Source: Eledone cirrhosa (Eukaryota). From it: a stretch of DNA of 64,000 nt. The DNA is taken from positions 28,520,001-28,584,000 of the forward strand of contig OZ024762.1 of assembly GCA_964016885.1 (NCBI GenBank). The letters are read 5' to 3'. The position numbers and the translations under genes were made by a program. Below are positions 41,709 to 53,181 of this stretch, piece by piece. Each line of letters opens with the position of its first letter. Positions within the stretch are counted from its first letter, which is position 1. A model generated the notes under the pieces. It made no database searches. It was not told the origin of the DNA and saw only the letters and a list, made by a program, of their open reading frames with translations.

Positions 41709-44700
41709 ACAAGACAGTAGCTTTTCGTAAATATTAGGTTGGTGTGTAACAAGACAGTAGCTTTTTTAATATATTGGGTTGGTCTGTAACAAGACAATAG
41801 CTTTTATTCAATATTGGGTTGGTCTGTAACAAGACAGTATCTTTTATTCAATATTGGGTTCGTGTGTAACAAGACAGTAGCTTTTATTAAATATTGGGTT
41901 CGACTGTAATAAGACAGTAGCTTTTATTCAATATTATGTTGGTGTGTAACAAGACAGTAGGTTCTATTAAATATTGGGTTGGTCTGTAACAAGACAATAG
42001 CTTTTATTGAATATTGGGTTGGTCTGTAGCAAGACAGTAGCTTTTATTCAATATTGGGTTGGTGTGTAAAACGACAGTAGCTTTTATTCAATATTGGGTT
42101 GGTGTGTAACAAGTCAGTAGCTTTTATTAAATATTAGGTTGGTCTGTAACAACACAGTAGCTTTTATTGAATATTGGGTTGGTCTGTAACAAGACGGTAG
42201 CTTTTATTCAATATTCGGTTGGTGTGTAACAAGACAGTAGCTTTTATTAAATATTGGGTTGGTCTGTAACAAGACAGTAGCTTTTATGCATTATTGGGTT
42301 GGTCTGTAACAAGACAGTAGCTTTTATTCAATATTGGGTTGGTGTGTAACAAGTCAGTAGATTTTATTAAATATTAGGTTGGTCTGTAACAAGACAGTAG
42401 CTTTTATTGAATATTGGGTTGGTGTGTCACAAGACAGTAGCTTTTATTAAATATTGGGTTGGTCTGTAACAAGACAGTAGCTTTTATTAAATATTGGGTT
42501 GGTCTGTAACAAGACAGTTGCTTTTATGCATTATTGGGTTGGTCTGTAACAAGACAGTAGCTTTTATTAAATATTGGGTTGGTGTGTAACAAGTCAGTAG
42601 CTTTTATTAAATATTAGGTTGGTCTGTAACAAGACAGTAGCTTTTATTGAATATTGGGTTGGTCTGTAACAAGACAGTAGCTTTTATTCAATACTAGGTT
42701 GGTCTGTAACAAGACAATAGCTTTTATTAAATATTGGGTTGGTGTGTCACAAGACAGTAGCTTTTATTAAATATTGGGTTGGTCTGTAACAAGACAGTAG
42801 CTTTTATTAAATATTGGGTTGGTCTGTAACAAGACAGTTGCTTTTATGCATTATTGGATTGGTGTTTAACAAGACAGTAGCTTTTATTAAATATCGGGTT
42901 GGTGTGTAACAAGACAGTAGCTTTTATTCAATATTGGGTTGGTCTGTAACAAGACAGTAGCTATTATTTAATATTGGGTTGGTGTGTAACAAGACAGTAG
43001 CTTTTCTTCAATATTGGGTTGGTGTGTAACAAGACAGTAGCTTTTATTAAATATTACGTTGTTGTGTAACAAGACACTAGCTTTTATTCAATATTATGTT
43101 GGTCTGAAACAAGACAGTAGGTTTTATTCAATATTGGGTTGGTGTGTAACAAGACAGTCGCTTTTATTCAATATTGGGTTGGTGTGTAACAAGACAGTAG
43201 CTTTTCGTAAATATTAGGTTGGTGTGTAACAAGACACTAGCTTTTTTAATATATTGTGTTGGTCTGTAACAAGACAGTAGCTTTTATTCAATATTGGGTT
43301 CGTGTGTAACAAGACAGTAGTTTTTATTAAATATTGGGTTCGACTCTAATAAGACAGTAGCTTTTAATCAATATTATGTTGGTGTGTAACAAGACAGTAG
43401 GTTTTATTAAATATTGGGTTGGTCTGTAACAGGACAATAGCTTTTATTGAATATTGGGTTGGTCTGTAACAAGACAGTAGCTTTTATTCAATATTGGATT
43501 GGTGTGTGACACGACAGTTGCTTTTATTAAATATTGGGTTGGTCTGCAACAAGGCAGTAGCTTTTATTAAATATTGGGTTGGTCTGTAACAAGACAGTAG
43601 CTCTTACTCAATATTAGGTAAGTGTGTAACAAGACAGTAGCTTTTATTAAATATTGCGTTGGTCTGTAACAAGACAGTAGCTTTTATTCAATATTGGGTT
43701 GGTGTGTAACAAGTCAGTAGCTTTTATTAAATATTAGGTTGGTCTGTAACAAGACAGTAGCTTATATTGAATATTGGGTTGGTCTGTAACAAGAAAATAG
43801 CTTTTCGTAAATATTAGGTTGGTGTGTAACAAGACAGTAGCTTTTTTAATATATTGGGTTGGTGTGTAACAAGACAATAGCTTTTATTAAATATTGGGTT
43901 GGTGTGTAACAAGATAGTAGCTTTTATTAAATATTGGGTTCGTCTGTAACAAGACAGTAGCTTTTATTCAATATTATGTTGGTGTGTAACAAGACAGTAG
44001 ATTTTATTCATTACTAGGTTGGTCTGTAACAAGACAATAGCTTTTATTAAATATTGGGTTGGTGTGTAACAAGACAGTAGCTTTTATTAAATATTGGGTT
44101 CGACTGTAATAAGACAGTAGCTTTTATTCAATATTATGTTGGTGTGTAACAAGACAGTAGGTTCTATTAAATATTGGGTTGGTCTGTAACAAGACAATAG
44201 CTTTTATTGAATATTGGGTTGGTCTGTAACAAGACAGTAGCTTTTATTCAATATTGGGTTGGTGTGTAAAACGACAGTAGCTTTTATTCAATATTGGGTT
44301 GGTGTGTAACAAGTCAGTAGCTTTTATTAAATATTAGGTTGGTCTGTAACAAGACAGTAGCTTTTATTGAATATTGGGTTGGTCTGTAACAAGACAGTAG
44401 CTTTTATTCAATATTGGGTTGGTCTGAAACAAGACAGTAGCTTTTATTAAATATTGGGTTGGTCTGTAACAAGACGGTAGCTTTTATTCAATATTCGGTT
44501 GGTGTGTAACAAGACAGTAGCTTTTATTAAATATTGGGTTGGTCTGTAACAAGACAGTAGCTTTTATGCATTATTGGGTTGGTCTGTAACAAGACAGTAG
44601 CTTTTATTCAATATTGGGTTGGTGTGTAACAAGTCAGTAGATTTTATTAAATATTAGGTTGGTCTGTAACAAGACAGTAGCTTTTATTGAATATTGGGTT

Positions 44701-47700
44701 GGTGTGTCACAAGACAGTAGCTTTTATTAAATATTGGGTTGGTCTGTAACAAGACAGTAGCTTTTATTAAATATTGGGTTGGTCTGTAACAAGACAGTTG
44801 CTTTTATGCATTATTGGGTTGGTCTGTAACAAGACAGTAGCTTTTATTAAATATTGGGTTGGTGTGTAACAAGTCAGTAGCTTTTATTAAATATTAGGTT
44901 GGTCTGTAACAAGACAGTAGCTTTTATTGAATATTGGGTTGGTCTGTAACAAGACAGTAGCTTTTATTCAATACTAGGTTGGTCTGTAACAAGACAATAG
45001 CTTTTATTAAATATTGGGTTGGTGTGTCACAAGACAGTAGCTTTTATTAAATATTGGGTTGGTCTGTAACAAGACAGTAGCTTTTATTAAATATTGGGTT
45101 GGTCTGTAATAAGACAGTAGCTTTTATTCAATATTAGGTTAGTGTCTAACAAGACAGTAGCTTTTATTAAATATTGTTCTGGTCTGTAACAAGACAATAG
45201 CTTTTATTCAATAATGGGTTGGTCTGTAACAATACAGTAGCTTTATTAGATATGCGGTTACTCTGTAACAAGACAGTAGCTTTTATTCTATATTGGGTTG
45301 GTGTGTAACACGACAGTAGCTTTTATTCAATATTGGGTTGGTCTGCAACAAGGCAGTAGCTTTTATTAAATATTGGGTTGGTCTGTAACAAGAGAGTTGC
45401 TTTTATTAAATATTGGGTTGGTGTGTAACAAGACAGTAGCTTTTATTCAGTATTGGGTTGGTCTGTAAGAAGACAGTAGCTTTTATTCAATATTATGTTG
45501 GTGTGTAACAAGACAGTAGCTTTTATTAAATATTGGGTTGGTCTGCAACAGGACAGGAGCTTTTATGAAATATTGGGTTGGTCTGTAACAAGACAGTAGC
45601 TTTTATTCAATATTGGGTTCGTCTGTAACAAGACAGTAGCTTTTATTCAATATTGGGTTGGTGTGTCACAAGACAGTAGCTTTTATTAAATATTGGGTTG
45701 GTCTGTAACAAGACAGTAGCTTTTATTAAATATTGGGTTGGTCTGTAATAAGACAGTAGCTTTTATTAAATATTGGGTTGGTGTGTAACAAGACAGTTGC
45801 TTTTATGCATTATTGGGTTGGTCTGTAACAAGACCGTAGCTTTTATTCAATATTGGTTTCGTGTGTAACAAGACAGTAGCTTTTATTCAATATTGGGATG
45901 GTCTGTAACAAGACAGTAGCTTTATTAGATATGGGTTGCTCTGTAACAAGACAGTAGCTTTTATTCAATATTGGGTTGGTCTGTAACAAGACAGTAGCTT
46001 TTATTCAATATTGGGTTGGTGTGTCACAAGACAGTAGCTTTTATTAAATATTGGGTTGGTCTGTAACAAGACAGTAGCTTTTATTAAATATTGGGTTGGT
46101 CTGTAATAAGACAGTAGCTTTTATTAAATATTGGGTTGGTGTGTAACAAGACAGTTGCTTTTATGCATTATTGGGTTGGTCTGTAACAAGGCCGTAGCTT
46201 TTATTCAATATTGGGTTCGTGTGTAACAAGACAGTAGCTTTTATTCAATATTGGGATGGTCTGTAACAAGACAGTAGCTTTATTAGATATGGGGTTGCTC
46301 TGTAACAAGACAGTAGCTTTTATTCAATATTGGGTTGGTCTGTAACTAGACAGTAGCTTTTATTCAATATTATGTTGGTCTGAAACAAAACAGTAGGTTT
46401 TATTCAATATTGGGTTGGTGTGTAACCAGACAGTCGCTTTTATTCAATATTGGGTTGATGTGTAACAAGGCAGTAACTTTTATTCAATATTGGGTTGGTG
46501 TGTAACAAGACAGTAGCTTTTCGTAAATATTAGGTTGGTGTGTAACAAGACAGTAGCTTTTTTAATATATTGGGTTGGTCTGTAACAAGACAATAGCTTT
46601 TATTCAATATTGGGTTGGTCTGTAACAAGACAGTATCTTTTATTCAATATTGGGTTCGTGTGTAACAAGACAGTAGCTTTTATTAAATATTGGGTTCGAC
46701 TGTAATAAGACAGTAGCTTTTATTCAATATTATGTTGGTGTGTAACAAGACAGTAGGTTCTATTAAATATTGGGTTGGTCTGTAACAAGACAATAGCTTT
46801 TATTGAATATTGGGTTGGTCTGTAGCAAGACAGTAGCTTTTATTCAATATTGGGTTGGTGTGTAAAACGACAGTAGCTTTTATTCAATATTGGGTTGGTG
46901 TGTAACAAGTCAGTAGCTTTTATTAAATATTAGGTTGGTCTGTAACAACACAGTAGCTTTTATTGAATATTGGGTTGGTCTGTAACAAGACGGTAGCTTT
47001 TATTCAATATTCGGTTGGTGTGTAACAAGACAGTAGCTTTTATTAAATATTGGGTTGGTCTGTAACAAGACAGTAGCTTTTATGCATTATTGGGTTGGTC
47101 TGTAACAAGACAGTAGCTTTTATTCAATATTGGGTTGGTGTGTAACAAGTCAGTAGATTTTATTAAATATTAGGTTGGTCTGTAACAAGACAGTAGCTTT
47201 TATTGAATATTGGGTTGGTGTGTCACAAGACAGTAGCTTTTATTAAATATTGGGTTGGTCTGTAACAAGACAGTAGCTTTTATTAAATATTGGGTTGGTC
47301 TGTAACAAGACAGTTGCTTTTATGCATTATTGGGTTGGTCTGTAACAAGACAGTAGCTTTTATTAAATATTGGGTTGGTGTGTAACAAGTCAGTAGCTTT
47401 TATTAAATATTAGGTTGGTCTGTAACAAGACAGTAGCTTTTATTGAATATTGGGTTGGTCTGTAACAAGACAGTAGCTTTTATTCAATACTAGGTTGGTC
47501 TGTAACAAGACAATAGCTTTTATTAAATATTGGGTTGGTGTGTCACAAGACAGTAGCTTTTATTAAATATTGGGTTGGTCTGTAACAAGACAGTAGCTTT
47601 TATTAAATATTGGGTTGGTCTGTAACAAGACAGTTGCTTTTATGCATTATTGGATTGGTGTTTAACAAGACAGTAGCTTTTATTAAATATCGGGTTGGTG

Positions 47701-49900
47701 TGTAACAAGACAGTAGCTTTTATTCAATATTGGGTTGGTCTGTAACAAGACAGTAGCTATTATTTAATATTGGGTTGGTGTGTAACAAGACAGTAGCTTT
47801 TCTTCAATATTGGGTTGGTGTGTAACAAGACAGTAGCTTTTATTAAATATTACGTTGTTGTGTAACAAGACACTAGCTTTTATTCAATATTATGTTGGTC
47901 TGAAACAAGACAGTAGGTTTTATTCAATATTGGGTTGGTGTGTAACAAGACAGTCGCTTTTATTCAATATTGGGTTGGTGTGTAACAAGACAGTAGCTTT
48001 TCGTAAATATTAGGTTGGTGTGTAACAAGACACTAGCTTTTTTAATATATTGTGTTGGTCTGTAACAAGACAGTAGCTTTTATTCAATATTGGGTTCGTG
48101 TGTAACAAGACAGTAGTTTTTATTAAATATTGGGTTCGACTCTAATAAGACAGTAGCTTTTAATCAATATTATGTTGGTGTGTAACAAGACAGTAGGTTT
48201 TATTAAATATTGGGTTGGTCTGTAACAGGACAATAGCTTTTATTGAATATTGGGTTGGTCTGTAACAAGACAGTAGCTTTTATTCAATATTGGATTGGTG
48301 TGTGACACGACAGTTGCTTTTATTAAATATTGGGTTGGTCTGCAACAAGGCAGTAGCTTTTATTAAATATTGGGTTGGTCTGTAACAAGACAGTAGCTCT
48401 TACTCAATATTAGGTAAGTGTGTAACAAGACAGTAGCTTTTATTAAATATTGCGTTGGTCTGTAACAAGACAGTAGCTTTTATTCAATATTGGGTTGGTG
48501 TGTAACAAGTCAGTAGCTTTTATTAAATATTAGGTTGGTCTGTAACAAGACAGTAGCTTATATTGAATATTGGGTTGGTCTGTAACAAGAAAATAGCTTT
48601 TCGTAAATATTAGGTTGGTGTGTAACAAGACAGTAGCTTTTTTAATATATTGGGTTGGTGTGTAACAAGACAATAGCTTTTATTAAATATTGGGTTGGTG
48701 TGTAACAAGATAGTAGCTTTTATTAAATATTGGGTTCGTCTGTAACAAGACAGTAGCTTTTATTCAATATTATGTTGGTGTGTAACAAGACAGTAGATTT
48801 TATTCATTACTAGGTTGGTCTGTAACAAGACAATAGCTTTTATTAAATATTGGGTTGGTGTGTAACAAGACAGTAGCTTTTATTAAATATTGGGTTCGAC
48901 TGTAATAAGACAGTAGCTTTTATTCAATATTATGTTGGTGTGTAACAAGACAGTAGGTTCTATTAAATATTGGGTTGGTCTGTAACAAGACAATAGCTTT
49001 TATTGAATATTGGGTTGGTCTGTAACAAGACAGTAGCTTTTATTCAATATTGGGTTGGTGTGTAAAACGACAGTAGCTTTTATTCAATATTGGGTTGGTG
49101 TGTAACAAGTCAGTAGCTTTTATTAAATATTAGGTTGGTCTGTAACAAGACAGTAGCTTTTATTGAATATTGGGTTGGTCTGTAACAAGACAGTAGCTTT
49201 TATTCAATATTGGGTTGGTCTGAAACAAGACAGTAGCTTTTATTAAATATTGGGTTGGTCTGTAACAAGACGGTAGCTTTTATTCAATATTCGGTTGGTG
49301 TGTAACAAGACAGTAGCTTTTATTAAATATTGGGTTGGTCTGTAACAAGACAGTAGCTTTTATGCATTATTGGGTTGGTCTGTAACAAGACAGTAGCTTT
49401 TATTCAATATTGGGTTGGTGTGTAACAAGTCAGTAGATTTTATTAAATATTAGGTTGGTCTGTAACAAGACAGTAGCTTTTATTGAATATTGGGTTGGTG
49501 TGTCACAAGACAGTAGCTTTTATTAAATATTGGGTTGGTCTGTAACAAGACAGTAGCTTTTATTAAATATTGGGTTGGTCTGTAACAAGACAGTTGCTTT
49601 TATGCATTATTGGGTTGGTCTGTAACAAGACAGTAGCTTTTATTAAATATTGGGTTGGTGTGTAACAAGTCAGTAGCTTTTATTAAATATTAGGTTGGTC
49701 TGTAACAAGACAGTAGCTTTTATTGAATATTGGGTTGGTCTGTAACAAGACAGTAGCTTTTATTCAATACTAGGTTGGTCTGTAACAAGACAATAGCTTT
49801 TATTAAATATTGGGTTGGTGTGTCACAAGACAGTAGCTTTTATTAAATATTGGGTTGGTCTGTAACAAGACAGTAGCTTTTATTAAATATTGGGTTGGTC
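40306..49900 (+). repeat. Tandem duplication of a 4796-bp (120-monomer, -4 bp) block: ~40306-45101 and ~45102-49897
   Basis: ctttattagatatgcggttac (40445/45241), tcagtattgg (40651/45447), tacgttgttg (43055/47851) and aggtaagtg (43616/48412) are all at offset 4796. Confidence 0.92.
42180..45100 (+). repeat. 2280-bp higher-order unit plus a partial second unit (paralog of 28600-30880, offset 13576)
   Basis: aagacggtag (42191/44471) and atactaggtt (42691/44971) are 2280 apart; markers 29479/43055 and 30040/43616 differ by 13576. Confidence 0.87.
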
Positions 49901-50180
49901 TGTAACAAGACAGTTGCTTTTATGCATTATTGGATTGGTGTTTAACAAGACAGTAGCTTTTATTAAATATCGGGTTGGTGTGTAACAAGACAGTAGCTTT
50001 TATTCAATATTGGGTTGGTCTGTAACAAGACAGTAGCTATTATTTAATATTGGGTTGGTGTGTAACAAGACAGTAGCTTTTCTTCAATATTGGGTTGGTG
50101 TGTAACAAGACAGTAGCTTTTATTAAATATTACGTTGTTGTGTAACAAGACACTAGCTTTTATTCAATATTATGTTGGTC
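46980..50180 (+). repeat. 2280-bp higher-order unit plus a partial second unit
   Basis: cggtagc (46991/49271), cagtagctat (47751/50031) and tacgttgttg (47851/50131) are 2280 apart. Confidence 0.87.
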
Positions 50181-53100
50181 TGAAACAAAACAGGAGGTTT
50201 TATTCAATATTGGGTTGGTGTGTAACAAGACAGTCGCTTTTATTCAATATTGGGTTGATGTGTAACAAGGCAGTAACTTTTATTCAATATTGGGTTGGTG
50301 TGTAACAAGACAGTAGCTTTTCGTAAGTATTAGGTTGGTGTGTAACAAGACAGTAGCTTTTTTAATATATTGGGTTGGTCTGTAACAAGACAATAGCTTT
50401 TATTCAATATTGGGTTGGTCTGTAACAAGACAGTAGCTTTTATTCAATATTGGGTTCGTGTGTAACAAGACAGTAGCTTTTATTAAATATTGGGTTCGAC
50501 TGTAATAAGACAGTAACTTTTATTCAATATTATGTTGGTGTGTAACAAGACAGTAGGTTCTATTAAATATTGGGTTGGTCTGTAACAAGACAATAGCTTT
50601 TATTGAATATTGGGTTGGTCTGTAACAAGACAGTAGCTTTTATTCAATATTGGGTTGGTGTGTAAAACGACAGTAGCTTTTATTCAATATTGGGTTGGTG
50701 TGTAACAAGTCAGTAGCTTTTATTAAATATTAGGTTGGTCTGTAACAAGACAGTAGCTTTTATTGAATATTGGGTTGGTCTGTAACAAGACAGTAGCTTT
50801 TATTCAATATTAGGTTAGTCTCTAACAAGACAGTAGCTTTTATTAAATATTGTTCTGGTCTGTAACAAGACAATAGCTTTTATTAGATATTGGGTTGGTG
50901 TGTAACAAGACAGTAGCTTTTATTAAATATTGGGTTCGTCTGTAATAAGACAGTAGCTTTTATTCAATATTAGGTTAGTGTCTAACAAGACAGTAGCTTT
51001 TATTAAATATTGTTCTGGTCTGTAACAAGACAATAGCTTTTATTCAATATTAGGTTGGTCTGTAACAAGACAATATCTTTTATTAAATATTGGGTTCGTC
51101 TGTAATAAGACAGTAGCTTTTATTCAATATTATGTTGGTGTGTAACAAGAGAGTAGATTTTATTAAATATTGGGTTGGTCTGAAACAAGAGAGTTGCTTT
51201 TATTAAATATTGGGTTGGTCTGTAATAAGACAGTAGCTTTTATTAAATATTGGGTTGGTCTGTAACAAGACAGTAGCTTTTATTAAATATTGGGTTGGTC
51301 TGTAACAAGACAGTTGCTTTTATGCATTATTGGGTTGGTCTGTAACAAGACGGTAGCTTTTATTCAATATTGGGTTCGTGTGTAACAAGACAGTAGCTTT
51401 TATTCAATATTGGATTGGTGTTTATCAAGACAGTAGCTTTTATTAAATATTGGATTGGTGTGTAACAAGACAGTAGCTTTTATTCAATATTGGGTTGGTC
51501 TGTAACAAGACAGTAGCTTTTATTTAATATTGGGTTGGTGCGTAACAAGACAGTAGCTTTTCTTCAATATTGGGTTGGTGTGTAACAAGACAGTAGCTTT
51601 TATTAAATATTACGTTGTTGTGTAACAAGACACTAGCTTTTATTCAATATTATGTTGGTCTGAAACAAGACAGTAGGTTTTATTCAATATTGGGTTGGTG
51701 TGTAACAAGACAGTCGCTTTTATTCAATATTGGGTTGATGTGTAACAAGGCAGTAACTTTTATTCAATATTGGGTTGGTGTGTAATAAGACAGTAGCTTT
51801 TCGTAAATATTAGGTTGGTGTGTAACAAGACAGTAGCTTTTATTAAATATTGGGTTCGTCTTTAATAAGACAGTAGCTTTTATTCAATATTATGTTGGTG
51901 TGTAACAAGACAGTAGATTTTATTCAATACTAGGTTGGTCTGTAACAAGAGAATAGCTTTTATTAAATATTGGGTTGGTGTGTAACAAGACAGTAGCTTT
52001 TATTAAATATTGGGTTGGTCTGTAACAAGACAGTAGCTTTTATGCATTATTGGGTTGGTCTGTAACAAGACAGTAGCTTTTACTCAATATTGGGTTGGTG
52101 TGTAACAAGACAGTAGCTTTTATTCAATATTGGGTTGGTCTGAAACAAGACAGTAGCTTTTATTAAATATTGGGTTGGTCTGTAACAAGACGGTAGCTTT
52201 TATTCAATATTCGGTTGGTGTGTAACAAGACAGTAGCTTTTATTAAATATTGGGTTGGTCTGTAACAAGACAGTAGCTTTTATGCATTATTGGGTTGGTC
52301 TGTAACAAGACAGTAGCTTTTATTCAATATTGGGTTGTTGTGTAACAAGTCAGTAGCTTTTATTAAATATTAGGTTGGTCTGTAACAAGACAGTAGCTTT
52401 TATTGAATATTGGGTTGGTCTGTAACAAGACAGTAGCTTTTATTCAATACTAGGTTGGTCTGTAACAAGACAATAGCTTTTATTAAATATTGGGTTCGTC
52501 TGTAATAAGACAGTAGCTTTTATTCAATATTATGCTGGTGTGTAACAAGAGAGTAGATTTTATTAAATATTGGGTTGGTCTGTAACAAGAGAGTTGCTTT
52601 TATTAAATATTGGGTTGGTCTGTAACAAGACAGTAGCTTTTATTTAATATTGGGTTGGTGTGTAATAAGACAGTAGCTTTTCTTCAATATTGGGTTGGTG
52701 TGTAACAAGACAGTAGCTTTTATTAAATATTACGTTGTTGTGTAACAAGACACTAGGATTTATTCAATATTATGTTGGTCTGAAACAAGACAGTAGGTTT
52801 TATTCAATATTGGGTTGGTCTGTAACAAGACAGTAGCTTTTATTCAATATTGGGTTGGTGTGTAACAAGACAGTAGCTTTTATTATATATTGGGTTCGAC
52901 TGTAATAAGACAGTAGCTTTTATTCAATATTATGTTGGTGTGTAACAAGACAGTAGGTTTTATTAAATATTGGGTTGGTCTGTAACAAGACAGTAGCTTT
53001 TATTGAATATTGGGTTGGTCTGTAACAAGACAGTAGCTTTTATTCAATATTGGGTTGGTGTGTAACACGACAGTAGCTTTTATTAAATATTGGGTTGGCT

Positions 53101-53181
53101 TGCAACAAGGCAGTAGCTTTTATTAAATATTGGGTTGGTCTGTAACAAGACAGTAGCTTTTATTCAATATTGGGTTGGTCT

